Of a stretch of DNA of 64,000 nucleotides, positions 19,314 through 29,095 are shown one piece after another. Made by a program: the position numbers and the translations under genes. The stretch lies in the IMG/VR virus record IMGVR_UViG_3300032030_000007, positions 128,001 to 192,000 of that record; one strand, 5' to 3'. This DNA is from a virus. Its lineage: Duplodnaviria > Caudoviricetes. A model generated the notes under the pieces. The model saw only the letters and a program-made list of their open reading frames with translations, did no database searches and was not told where the DNA came from. Position 1 is the first letter of the stretch. Every line of letters begins with the position of its first letter.

Positions 19314-20645
19314 TCAATCTCCACCATCTGCAGCTTTAATATTGATCTTAGGAATCATCATAAACTTAATCTTACATGTCTCTGTAATCAAGTCTTTAAT
19401 CTCAGTTGTGTCCTTGTAAGCCATAGGTGACTCATCAAGTGTTGCCTTACAAACTGTAGTTGAATAAATACCCTCCATAGTCTTTTCAAATTCTTTCATT
19501 GAAATATTCTGCTTTGCCTTAGAACGTGACATCTTTCGGCCGGCTCCGTGTGCACAAGAATTTAACCAATCTGAATTTGAAAGTCCCTCACAGATTGCAA
19601 CACCATCTCTCATATTAAAAGGTACAAGAATCTCCTCACCAGCATATGAACGAATTGCACCCTTACGAATAATAGGTATATCTTCATCAAAATCAATATA
19701 GTTATGTGTGGATATGATTTCCTTAGTCATCTTACATCCATACTTTGCAACTATATTATCAATTGTACGATGAAGAATAATATGATTGAATCGTGCATAT
19801 GTTCTTGCAGTGTACATATCACAAAAATATCCAAGCATATTGTCACCTGTTAAAAATCCTTCAATATGACCTTCTGTTTTTGTATCAAGATATTTTTTAA
19901 GAGCATCCTTAAAGCCTTCCATGTTTTTTCTTCCATGCTCTTCAATATACTTCTTCTTAAATTCTGTTGTATATTCTTTTATCTCAGATTTTGAAAGAGC
20001 TGCGCCTTTTGACTTGTTTTCCCAATACTTACAAACCTTAACACCAAAATTACGAGAACCGCAGTGAACAGTTATTCCATAAAGATTATTCTCTTCATTA
20101 ACATCATATTCACAATAATGATTACCTCCACCAAAGCTATTAATTGAATAATACCATGTCTTAGGATCCATTCCTAAACGATTAAGCATATCAGATACCC
20201 ACTTCTCGGTTACTGTATCTGGAAGTTCTGCAAAAATTTCTGGATGTCTTGACTTTGCCTTTCTAAATTCTGTAGACATAAACTTATAAAGCTCTTTGTC
20301 TTCATACATCTTCTTAGGAGACAAATTAAATCCCCAACCACATTCCTTAAGAATCTTATGATTCAATTCTGCATACTTATCTTCAGGAATTGGTCTATCA
20401 TAAAGATGCATAGAAATTTCACAACCGATATCAACCCCTACTGTTCTTGGATCAATGTATTTTCCAAAAGTTGAACAAAAACCAATGACTGACCCCTTTC
20501 CACAGTGAGAATCTGGTTGAATTACGATTTTACAACCTTCATAAGCCTTACAATTAACAATACTATGAATTTGTTGAACAGCTTCTTGTTCAATATTGTT
20601 ATTAGTAACTAATGCTGATGTGTATTTACCAATTATTTTATACAT
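19314..20645 (-). CDS. rtcB: RtcB-family RNA-splicing/repair ligase
   Basis: PDSHCGKG..IG, VGVDIGC, SFGGGNHY.E, HCGSRNFG, HNY, RKGA, SCAHGAGR.MSR, DESPMAYK motifs. Confidence 0.95.
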   Translation of the reverse strand: MYKIIGKYTSALVTNNNIEQEAVQQIHSIVNCKAYEGCKIVIQPDSHCGKGSVIGFCSTFGKYIDPRTVGVDIGCEISMHLYDRPIPEDKYAELNHKILKECGWGFNLSPKKMYEDKELYKFMSTEFRKAKSRHPEIFAELPDTVTEKWVSDMLNRLGMDPKTWYYSINSFGGGNHYCEYDVNEENNLYGITVHCGSRNFGVKVCKYWENKSKGAALSKSEIKEYTTEFKKKYIEEHGRKNMEGFKDALKKYLDTKTEGHIEGFLTGDNMLGYFCDMYTARTYARFNHIILHRTIDNIVAKYGCKMTKEIISTHNYIDFDEDIPIIRKGAIRSYAGEEILVPFNMRDGVAICEGLSNSDWLNSCAHGAGRKMSRSKAKQNISMKEFEKTMEGIYSTTVCKATLDESPMAYKDTTEIKDLITETCKIKFMMIPKINIKAADGGD

Positions 20646-20919
20646 AATATTTATTTTCTAATTCATTTAAAAAATCATTTATTATAATTCTTTCTTTTGT
20701 TGTTAATGGGTCTGGTCCACCATCTCCAACTAAACTAATTGCATATCGTATTAAATCAATTTTTTCTTTATTTGTCATATTTCTTAAAGTTTTGATTTTG
20801 CGAATTCTATTAATGTATCTAATGCATCTATATCTGGATCACGATATGGGTCAGGATATTCAAGGATTCCTTCCACATAATTTTCCATTTCTTTTATTGC
20901 TTCTTTTATATCCATAATT

Positions 20920-21234
20920 TTAATCTATAAAATTTCCAATACTGTTATCCCAAATTATTGTTTCAGATTCTTTAAGTTCATCAAGCCTATCAAAAATCTT
21001 CTGAAGATTCTGTTCATCCCAATCATCAAAGATTTCTACAATTGCATTCTTAATACGAATAGTAGACTTATTAAGATGTTCATCAGGATAATAAAATGTT
21101 AATGTATTATCTGCAGTAGTACCTGGCTTAAGTCTAATATAAGTAAATACATCTGCTTCCTTCAAATACTCGACATATGCTTTAGCAGTACTTGCTTCAA
21201 AATTCTCAATGTTAATCAATCTAATTGTCTTCAT
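20920..21234 (-). CDS. hypothetical protein
   Basis: 104-aa ORF. Confidence 0.7.
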   Translation of the reverse strand: MKTIRLINIENFEASTAKAYVEYLKEADVFTYIRLKPGTTADNTLTFYYPDEHLNKSTIRIKNAIVEIFDDWDEQNLQKIFDRLDELKESETIIWDNSIGNFID

Positions 21235-21235
21235 A

Positions 21236-21592
21236 TTATTTATTATATTGTTCTATAAATCTTTCTTTTCGATTAGCCCAAAATGAAATTCTTGAATCAA
21301 GAGTCTTTAATATTTGTGTAGCAACTGCATCTTTAGTTGTACCAATATAAATTTCATTATCATTAATTTGATGAGTAAATATAATGCAATTATGTATTCT
21401 CAAAAGAGCATTACAAATATCGAATTTGAAACTATCATTAGTCTCAAAGGTCACTTCGCACACATTAGGCAAATGTTCACCATCAAGATTAAGATGTGTA
21501 TCAGTAACAATTGTGGTTGCAATATGATCCATACCAATAGCACCCCAATAAAGAATATCTCCAACTCGAATATCAGCAAATGTTTTGTTCAT
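21236..21592 (-). CDS. hypothetical protein, xGD SH3/KOW-like + helix family
   Basis: FADIRVGDILYW N-terminus. Confidence 0.7.
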   Translation of the reverse strand: MNKTFADIRVGDILYWGAIGMDHIATTIVTDTHLNLDGEHLPNVCEVTFETNDSFKFDICNALLRIHNCIIFTHQINDNEIYIGTTKDAVATQILKTLDSRISFWANRKERFIEQYNK

Positions 21593-21617
21593 ATTTATAT
21601 TATTTGTTTGATATATA

Positions 21618-21645
21618 AATATAGTATATAATTTAAAAATTTCAA
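21618..21645 (-). promoter_or_regulatory. Phage promoter TTGAA-N16-CTATATT
   Basis: Exact motif in an intergenic gap. Confidence 0.7.
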
Positions 21646-21651
21646 TAATAT

Positions 21652-22158
21652 TTAAATTACTTCAAATACTTCTTTATTGTAATAAATATCTTCAGGATCT
21701 TCTGAATGTTCTCCGCTTGAATACCAATCATCAAGTTCTTGATATGTTTCAAATGATATATTCTTTAAATCTCTATCTATAATCTGATTAAGATAATATC
21801 TTTCCAATTCATCCATATCACACCAAAGTCCATAAGTGAATCTTGCACCATCATATTTCTTTTTTAATTCATCATATGCATGTTTTGCTGTCTTATTCAA
21901 ACCATCATAATTGAATCTATTCAAAAAACCAGATTTCTTTGGACCATTTTTTTCATTATGTTCAAGATTCTCTCTCTGACGTTCAAAATAACGTTCACAA
22001 GCTAACCATGATTCTTTATCCATTTCTGGATGATCATCTTTATGCTTATCAATTTCAATAAGCTCATCAGCTTTTTCATCAGTCATACATACGCCAAGAA
22101 TTTTTGTATATGAATCTTCCCAATAATTATATTTTCTTTTTACTACTATTACTTCCAT
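21652..22158 (-). CDS. hypothetical protein
   Basis: 168-aa ORF. Confidence 0.7.
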   Translation of the reverse strand: MEVIVVKRKYNYWEDSYTKILGVCMTDEKADELIEIDKHKDDHPEMDKESWLACERYFERQRENLEHNEKNGPKKSGFLNRFNYDGLNKTAKHAYDELKKKYDGARFTYGLWCDMDELERYYLNQIIDRDLKNISFETYQELDDWYSSGEHSEDPEDIYYNKEVFEVI

Positions 22159-22170
22159 ATATTAATTAAT

Positions 22171-22584
22171 TTAAATGTTAGCTTTTAAAATCATTGTTGG
22201 TAAAAGTTCTTCAGTTCTTATAAATCCAAATTTTGAATAAAACTTTTCTAAATCAGATACTGTTTTAAGTGTATCTGTATTTTCTTCTCTTTTACAAGGA
22301 CTGCATAATAAAAGAATATTATAATATTTAAATTTCTTTATTAAAAAGTTCATAAGTTTAGTAGCATATCCTTTTCCAACATAATTTGGATAAGTTTCAA
22401 CTCTAATAATCTTTGCAAATAATTTACCTTTACAATATTCTTTATACCTAGGATATTCATCATTATTAATTTCAATAATAATTTTACTAACTAATGTAGC
22501 TTTATCATCAATTAATTGAATATAATATGTTCCTTCATTAGCTAGAAAAAATCCTTTATTAGTATTCCAAAATTGAATTTTCAT
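22171..22584 (-). CDS. GNAT-family acetyltransferase
   Basis: V.T.PNYVGKGYATKLM acetyl-CoA motif, L.KFYSKFGF. Confidence 0.85.
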   Translation of the reverse strand: MKIQFWNTNKGFFLANEGTYYIQLIDDKATLVSKIIIEINNDEYPRYKEYCKGKLFAKIIRVETYPNYVGKGYATKLMNFLIKKFKYYNILLLCSPCKREENTDTLKTVSDLEKFYSKFGFIRTEELLPTMILKANI

Positions 22585-22586
22585 AA

Positions 22587-23054
22587 TTATCCTATATAGC
22601 CGTGTCTTAAATCATCATACAAATCATTCATATGTTCCTGATAATCTCTATAAGACTTATATCCAAGTTCTTTCCAAGTCTTTTCATTCTCAGGAATCAT
22701 TTTATTATCAAGCATATATTTACGCTTTAGACCTTTCATGTTCCCACGCATACCGTTCAGTTTTTTAATCTGTATGTTGATATATTCAGAATAATTATGA
22801 TATGCGGTATTCAAATCAAGATCCATCAGTGTAAATTCGTATCCATACTTAATATCATTATATCGGTCTTCAATAGGAATATTAATAATGAAATAATCTT
22901 TACCATTCTCAATATTGTTATTACTCTCAATACAAACAGTAATTTCGTGTGTAAATAGACTAATATTTATTACTTTATAAATTTTAAAAGTATTTCCAAA
23001 GAAACTGTAAATAGTATCTCCAATTTTAAGTGTTTCTAAATTCTCAAGCTTCAT
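22587..23054 (-). CDS. hypothetical protein, LKxGD SH3/KOW-like + coiled-coil family
   Basis: ETLKIGDTIYSF N-terminus. Confidence 0.7.
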   Translation of the reverse strand: MKLENLETLKIGDTIYSFFGNTFKIYKVINISLFTHEITVCIESNNNIENGKDYFIINIPIEDRYNDIKYGYEFTLMDLDLNTAYHNYSEYINIQIKKLNGMRGNMKGLKRKYMLDNKMIPENEKTWKELGYKSYRDYQEHMNDLYDDLRHGYIG

Positions 23055-23067
23055 ATTTAATTTTTAA

Positions 23068-23433
23068 TTAACTAATAAAATTCATTTCACTAAGATCATA
23101 CTTAAGAGTTTCAGATGCAAGCATCTGATTCAATACATTTTTAACATGTTCCCATTCTTTTAAATACGATTCTGCTTTATCTTCTGGGCAATAAGTAAAT
23201 AAATCTTTGATAACATCTGCAACAACACTTGCATAGTTATTATCTTCTACATAATACTCTGGCCACATAAATACCAAAGAATTTGTATTAAAACAATATC
23301 CTTCAGTATTATCAATTCCAAAAGGACCGTTATTATTCGTTATGGCAAATTCAATACCTGCATTCATTAGTTTTTCTAACTCATTATCAAGTAATCTATT
23401 TACCATTACTCCTCTTAAAATAAATACTTTCAT
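23068..23433 (-). CDS. hypothetical protein
   Basis: 121-aa ORF. Confidence 0.7.
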   Translation of the reverse strand: MKVFILRGVMVNRLLDNELEKLMNAGIEFAITNNNGPFGIDNTEGYCFNTNSLVFMWPEYYVEDNNYASVVADVIKDLFTYCPEDKAESYLKEWEHVKNVLNQMLASETLKYDLSEMNFIS

Positions 23434-23633
23434 AAAACGTAATCTTTATAAAGTGTACCTTCTTTCTGTTTAATGTAATATGTAGTCTTTGCAACAGCAA
23501 GCTGCTCATTGAAAGTTTTATTATCCAAATCAAAATCTTTCCAAATCTCAGGCCATTCCTCTTTCAACCAAACAGTAAACTTAAATTTACCATTCTTAGC
23601 ATAATAACCCATATTGTATTTATATTGACTCAT
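23430..23633 (-). CDS. hypothetical protein
   Basis: Start moved to ATG 23633 (TAATG overlap with a small upstream ORF). Confidence 0.6.
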   Translation of the reverse strand: MSQYKYNMGYYAKNGKFKFTVWLKEEWPEIWKDFDLDNKTFNEQLAVAKTTYYIKQKEGTLYKDYVL

Positions 23634-23775
23634 TATGTAAATTTCCAAAATTTAAATGTATAACTTGTAACAGATTCACTCATTAAATGAAAACTGTTAT
23701 CACCATTCTTATCACGACGAATAAGCTCTTCCAAAATATCAGCAGTTGGAATTTTTTCTAATTCAAGATTTGTCT

Positions 23776-24141
23776 TCATACTGTTCTATAATGTTTACGA
23801 TTCTTTGGTTTAAAATATCTATCATATTTACGATGCCAATAATTTCTATCACGATATCTAGAATCATAATGAGGATCATTATTATATACACGATCCATTC
23901 TTTTAATATACTCTTTATCAATAGCCCAATGACCGTCAGTTGGTTCCATCCACTGTGCTTCAACTGTCATATCTGGGCCTTTCCACATTTCATCAAGACC
24001 TTCAGGTCCATAATTTGAAAGAAGATTACGAACTTCATGATTAATACGATGGCGACATTGACGACGACGATATTCATAGAATTTACGATTATCTCCGTAA
24101 CAACAGAAGCAGCGAATATTCTTTTTATAAGTACGTGACAT
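23776..24141 (-). CDS. basic hypothetical phage protein (MSRTYKK family)
   Basis: Arg/Lys-rich 121-aa ORF. Confidence 0.7.
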   Translation of the reverse strand: MSRTYKKNIRCFCCYGDNRKFYEYRRRQCRHRINHEVRNLLSNYGPEGLDEMWKGPDMTVEAQWMEPTDGHWAIDKEYIKRMDRVYNNDPHYDSRYRDRNYWHRKYDRYFKPKNRKHYRTV

Positions 24142-24147
24142 AATTTT

Positions 24148-24369
24148 TTATTTTACAAAATTATATATTTCAAATTGATCATTTTTATTTCCACGTAACC
24201 AATAATGTTTTGGTTGGTAAAATTCATGTATATTATTATTTAAATACTGTATGATTATTTTTCCACCTGGTCTTGTTACAATATTAATATGATATATACA
24301 GTCTGGATATTTAACATTATATACATATTTTCCTTGTTTAAGTGCTTCAAATGCTTCTAATCTATTCAT
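24148..24369 (-). CDS. small protein resembling DUF2829/Tad2-type fold
   Basis: EAFEALKQGKYV N-terminus and a terminal D.FEIY strand. Own promoter. Confidence 0.5.
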   Translation of the reverse strand: MNRLEAFEALKQGKYVYNVKYPDCIYHINIVTRPGGKIIIQYLNNNIHEFYQPKHYWLRGNKNDQFEIYNFVK

Positions 24370-24403
24370 ATTTATAATATTTAATTTTTTATATTATATA
24401 AAT

Positions 24404-24443
24404 AATATAGTAAAAGCCCAGAAATATTCAATACTTCTGAGCT
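24404..24443 (-). promoter_or_regulatory. Promoter TTGAA-N16-CTATATT overlapping terminator hairpin
   Basis: Motif at 24404-24431. Minus-strand hairpin AGCTCAGAAGTAT-tga-ATATTTCTGGGCT then TTT. Confidence 0.7.
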
Positions 24444-24472
24444 AAATTTATATAATATTTAATATTTTATTA

Positions 24473-25075
24473 TTACTCTTCCAATTTAAAATCTGTACAC
24501 ATATTTGGAAGTGTTTCCAAATTAATTTTTGGTGTTAACGGAGTTGGAGTATATTTTTCAATTAATTTCATATATGTATCATGATCAATTTCTTTCCAAC
24601 CATTCAAACCTTCTGAAAGAATTCCATAAATATTATGAGAAGAAAGATAACCACCCTTCATATCAAATTTGTCAGTTTTCTTTGTGTAATCAACTTCCAA
24701 TACTTCTCCCTTCTTTGAAAACTGAACATAAAGAAATTCTCCAAGCTGCTTACAGATTACATCATAATTCCAATACTGTGATTTCTTCTCCATGAATGTA
24801 TCAGTAACATACATAAGCATCAAATAATTATAATCTGTATACCATGTTGATACATTACAAAAATATTTGCCAATCATATCTTTCCTATACATCTTATGCA
24901 AAGGAACTGCGATTTCGTTTTGAATTTGCTCAATCTTTTCAGTATCCTGGATAATCCAATCTTTAATTTCATTTTCATGTTTTGGAATTTCTTTCATCAT
25001 TCTATTATACTTAGAAATGTTTATTGAATACTGATGCAATTCTTTAATCTTTGAAATAATTTCTTCTCTGTTCAT
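24473..25075 (-). CDS. hypothetical protein
   Basis: 200-aa ORF. Confidence 0.75.
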   Translation of the reverse strand: MNREEIISKIKELHQYSINISKYNRMMKEIPKHENEIKDWIIQDTEKIEQIQNEIAVPLHKMYRKDMIGKYFCNVSTWYTDYNYLMLMYVTDTFMEKKSQYWNYDVICKQLGEFLYVQFSKKGEVLEVDYTKKTDKFDMKGGYLSSHNIYGILSEGLNGWKEIDHDTYMKLIEKYTPTPLTPKINLETLPNMCTDFKLEE

Positions 25076-25094
25076 ATTTGTTTGGTTTTAAATG

Positions 25095-25586
25095 TTACTT
25101 CTTTACATAAAACTTCTTATAGAATACATATTTTTTATTCTCAACAAAATCATGCCATGCACTACTAAAATAAGACCAAGAAATTTCTTTTTCTTTATTT
25201 TTATCATTTACTTCATATAGAATTCCTTTACGATACTTATAAGAATATTCTAAATCATGGTCTACATTACAATATCCATCTTTAAGATTACTAGATAATG
25301 ATACAAATATCTGTACTCCGTCTTTTAATAATTGAACAGCTTCATCTCGTGTTTTAATAATAGATCCTTCCATTGAATATTGACTTTCAACATCATTATG
25401 AATCTTATTAGCCATTTTAGATACTGTACTCATAAAAATAGGCATGCTATCATCAGATACAATACAACAAATTTTTGATGCTGAAACATTTTCATCAATA
25501 TCACTAAATGGTAATGAAGCAAAGAAATATTGCTTGGCTTTAATTACGTTCCAAATAATCTTAATCTTTTCTTTAAATACACTCAT
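25095..25586 (-). CDS. hypothetical protein
   Basis: 163-aa ORF. Confidence 0.7.
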   Translation of the reverse strand: MSVFKEKIKIIWNVIKAKQYFFASLPFSDIDENVSASKICCIVSDDSMPIFMSTVSKMANKIHNDVESQYSMEGSIIKTRDEAVQLLKDGVQIFVSLSSNLKDGYCNVDHDLEYSYKYRKGILYEVNDKNKEKEISWSYFSSAWHDFVENKKYVFYKKFYVKK

Positions 25587-25594
25587 ATTCTTAA

Positions 25595-26149
25595 TTAATA
25601 TTTTATTCCATCATAACATACGAAATTATAAATATCGTCTTCAACATAATATTGACCGAATCTCCTAATCAATCCATATTTTGTTTCTTTTGTAAACTTA
25701 TTTTCTTCATTAACTAATGTAATATCTTCTTTAGGAACATATCTAAATCTTCCTTTACCTTCTTTATTAATATAAAAAATTTCAGCAACCTTCATTTTTT
25801 TCCAAGGATGCTTATTATTTGTTCTTTCAAATAGTCTTAAAACTTTTACTTTAATATTTGAATTATCAATGTTTTCCCATAATGCAGTATCTGAAGTCAA
25901 ATCAAGTTCTTTATTATAGCATAATGTATGATCTAAACAAAATTGTGCATCTTTCTTATTATCCCACAATTTTGATTCATCATACCATTGCTCATTAACT
26001 TTATATTGAATATTAGGAGAACAACATCCTTCATGATCAATATAATCTACTTTTATAGATACTTCCTGAACATATCCTTTCTTAATATAATTCTTGTAAA
26101 TAAAATATACTAATTGTCCAGGAGTATAATTAAAACTTATACTATACAT
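25595..26149 (-). CDS. hypothetical protein (SH3-like N-terminus)
   Basis: Start moved to ATG 26149 because the promoter overlaps the ORF-track start. Confidence 0.7.
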   Translation of the reverse strand: MYSISFNYTPGQLVYFIYKNYIKKGYVQEVSIKVDYIDHEGCCSPNIQYKVNEQWYDESKLWDNKKDAQFCLDHTLCYNKELDLTSDTALWENIDNSNIKVKVLRLFERTNNKHPWKKMKVAEIFYINKEGKGRFRYVPKEDITLVNEENKFTKETKYGLIRRFGQYYVEDDIYNFVCYDGIKY

Positions 26150-26174
26150 ATTTATATTTTTTAAATTATATATA

Positions 26175-26202
26175 AATATAGATTTTTTCAAATAAAATTC
26201 AA
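26175..26202 (-). promoter_or_regulatory. Phage promoter TTGAA-N16-CTATATT
   Basis: Exact motif. Confidence 0.7.
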
Positions 26203-26223
26203 AATAGATAGTAACTTAAATTA

Positions 26224-27582
26224 CTATCTATTTACTGCTTGTATTTCAGATATACTATTTACAATCAATTCCGGTTTACCTATGAATTCTTTTAACGTCT
26301 TGCAATCTGTATATGACATTGCAGACCTTAAATAAGATATCATATTCTCAACCCATCCTGCTAATGTATATTTCACCGGCAACCATTTTGTAATTCCTTC
26401 GGCTGTTTTTGTCTTTTCACCAGATATAGATTTCTGACCATCTGCAGAAGCCATTCCAAAAAATTTAACATCTATCTGACCAATCATTTTTTGTTCTTTC
26501 AATTCGTTTAATTTATTATCATATTCAAGAACAGCTAATTTATATTCAGAACTATCTTTTGTGTATTTACCATTTTTAACATTATCTTCAGCATCCATTA
26601 ATTTCCATTTCCAAGGCTTTATATTATTATTTATAAAGTCATCGGTATAATATCCTTTAACATATCCTTTCGTATCAACACTGAAATCTTTATATTGTTC
26701 AATTGTAAATCTTAATGGAAGTTTTGTGTTTAATGGTTTTATTGTCTTTTCACCAGCAGATTCAATACATTGTGCAAATAAACTACCTATCATTACATAA
26801 TCTGCTCCTAATGCCAATGCTTTAATAACATGATCATAATTTCGTATTCCACCATCAGCTACTATCTTAGGAAAATCTTCAGAATTAAAAATTGGTTTAT
26901 GATAACTAGGATGTGTATCATCTGTTTCGTTTAAAAGTTTATCTTTAATTTGCTTACATTCATTAATTAATGATGCTTGTGGATAATGGGCAGATGTATT
27001 ACTGGTAGTTATACAGCCATGACCACCTCCGATGCCAACACGAATATAATCTACAGCTAAACCAGATTTTCCATTTTTTATGTTCTTATATCTAGCATTT
27101 CTACAAATCCATTCATATGTTTTAGGATTAGCAATATTACCTGTCATAATAGTTAATACATATTCATATTCTATAGCTAGTTCTTTTGCATGAATACATT
27201 TTTCATATAATGACCTCATATGACCATTTGCAATATCAACTACTACAAAATAATGAGTTCTAAAATCTCCTTTTCTATCAATTGCATATTTAATAAACAA
27301 CTCTTCAAATTCCTTTAAGGATAATGCAACCCAAGTCTGTTCATTCATAAATTTCTTACGGGTTTCAAAATCAATATTACGTGGCAATATTGGTATTATA
27401 CCATTATCTAAAAATGTATCTAAATTATTATCGCTAACTACACTTGCCATAGGAGAAGCAAATATAGGTAGAAAATTATCTTTAACAAATGGGTTACATT
27501 CTGTTCTTGATGTAACTCTTGAAATAATTGACGGAACGATTGTTATATCGTTATATGAATAACCAATTTTTGATAATAACAT
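26224..27582 (-). CDS. GMP reductase / IMP dehydrogenase family protein
   Basis: SPM, VDIANGH, GNIA, catalytic loop RVGIGGGHGCITT, IVADGGIR, KALALGADYVMIGS, FFGMAS, KTAEG, LRSAMSY. No CBS domains. Confidence 0.9.
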   Translation of the reverse strand: MLLSKIGYSYNDITIVPSIISRVTSRTECNPFVKDNFLPIFASPMASVVSDNNLDTFLDNGIIPILPRNIDFETRKKFMNEQTWVALSLKEFEELFIKYAIDRKGDFRTHYFVVVDIANGHMRSLYEKCIHAKELAIEYEYVLTIMTGNIANPKTYEWICRNARYKNIKNGKSGLAVDYIRVGIGGGHGCITTSNTSAHYPQASLINECKQIKDKLLNETDDTHPSYHKPIFNSEDFPKIVADGGIRNYDHVIKALALGADYVMIGSLFAQCIESAGEKTIKPLNTKLPLRFTIEQYKDFSVDTKGYVKGYYTDDFINNNIKPWKWKLMDAEDNVKNGKYTKDSSEYKLAVLEYDNKLNELKEQKMIGQIDVKFFGMASADGQKSISGEKTKTAEGITKWLPVKYTLAGWVENMISYLRSAMSYTDCKTLKEFIGKPELIVNSISEIQAVNR

Positions 27583-27698
27583 ACTTATTTAATTTAATTA
27601 ATATTCAAAATCATCTTCGTAATCGGGCTGCATTGGTGGATTAGCTCTATGAATTTCATATATTCATAAAGCCAATCCAACAATAAAAAGCCCACCTA

Positions 27699-28994
27699 TT
27701 AATGTTCGTATTTAATTTCTGTTTGCTTAATGTTATCAAAGAATCTTACTGTTTTCTTTTCATCTAAATCATTATCTCTATCAAATGCTCTTAATGCTTC
27801 AGATACAATCCAATAAGCAGTACGAACTGGAACATTCTGACCAATCTTTGGATATTCTCTCAAAAGATCACCTTGCAATTCATAATCAAATGGATGACCC
27901 ATAAGATGTAAGCATTCACGAACAGAAAGTAATCTATCTTCATGTGGGTGCAATACTGATTGCATCATCTTAAACATAACAGCAGGTAACTTACCATCAC
28001 GAGGAATATATGGAAGTGCATGATAGAATCCCATGTTCATTGATACCTTAAGCTTAACATGATTAAAGAACTTAGTCATTGTCTCCTTCTGTTTATCTGA
28101 AGCTGAACTCTTATTATTGATATAATCCATTACTTCATCAAATAACTTATGATTAATAATGTAATCAAAAATATTTGTTATGCAATTTCTCCAGTCTTTG
28201 CCAAACTTATCTTTAAGATATTCAATACAGAATAAGTTAACACAATTTACAATATTTATATCTAATGCTACTTGCTGTGTTGCATCTTTTGGTATACGAC
28301 TAAAGTATTCATCATAATCTGTTTCTATACGTTCAAATTCCATCTTAGGAGCATAATCCTTTTTAAAGAATATAATGAATGTACGTTTACGTTTCTGGCA
28401 ATTATCATGATATTGTGTATCAGTTCTATAATAAACAATTGAATAACCTGTTTCTTTTGCAAGGTTCTCTAAGTTAACTCTAATACTATCTCCGCGTGAC
28501 CCCATAAAAGTTGGAGCATTTTCAAAGATATAAATATTTGGCTTAATAACATTCAATGCATATTTAGATATCCAAACCATATTACAGTTTCTTGCATCCT
28601 TTGCTTCTTGTGAACCTCTTGTTGCAGTAGATAATCCTGAACATACTGGAACTGCTACGCATAAATCCATATTTGAATAATCCAATTCTTTATCAGGATT
28701 TAATGTCCAAACGTCATGATTCATAATTTCAGGATTCATATCATTATCATTCTGAAATGGCTTACGATTCAAAACTTTATATTCAGGACGACGATTGACT
28801 TTATTTAAATAAGTCATAAGATGATATTCATTACCACCACCTACTAATGTGTCTGTCTTTTTATTATAAATAGGATCACCAAATCCTGGGTATGTCAATA
28901 TGAATTCAGCTTTGCAACCAACTGCTTTTTCTGTACCTAAATACATTCCACCAGTCAACGGCTGAATTGCACACCATTTAATATTTTTCTTCAT
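27699..28994 (-). CDS. DNA (cytosine-5) methyltransferase, divergent
   Basis: Motif IV PVCSGLS, VI FENAP, VIII Q.RKR, IX RLLSVRE...LMGHP, X IGQNVP. Motif I degenerate (PLTGG). Confidence 0.85.
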   Translation of the reverse strand: MKKNIKWCAIQPLTGGMYLGTEKAVGCKAEFILTYPGFGDPIYNKKTDTLVGGGNEYHLMTYLNKVNRRPEYKVLNRKPFQNDNDMNPEIMNHDVWTLNPDKELDYSNMDLCVAVPVCSGLSTATRGSQEAKDARNCNMVWISKYALNVIKPNIYIFENAPTFMGSRGDSIRVNLENLAKETGYSIVYYRTDTQYHDNCQKRKRTFIIFFKKDYAPKMEFERIETDYDEYFSRIPKDATQQVALDINIVNCVNLFCIEYLKDKFGKDWRNCITNIFDYIINHKLFDEVMDYINNKSSASDKQKETMTKFFNHVKLKVSMNMGFYHALPYIPRDGKLPAVMFKMMQSVLHPHEDRLLSVRECLHLMGHPFDYELQGDLLREYPKIGQNVPVRTAYWIVSEALRAFDRDNDLDEKKTVRFFDNIKQTEIKYEH

Positions 28995-29095
28995 ATGTAT
29001 TTGTATATATTTAGATTTTTATAATAAAATAGTATAAATGTAAAAAATATTAAATGTAAAAATATTTATATATATTTGAAAATTTTAAAAAAGAC

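Noticed and set aside
27598-27715. Frame reading IRTLIGGLFIVGLAL*IYEIHRANPPMQPDYEDDFEY, suggesting TGA as Trp
   Set aside because: No start codon, and TGA is a clear stop in about 15 genes. At most a decayed small gene.
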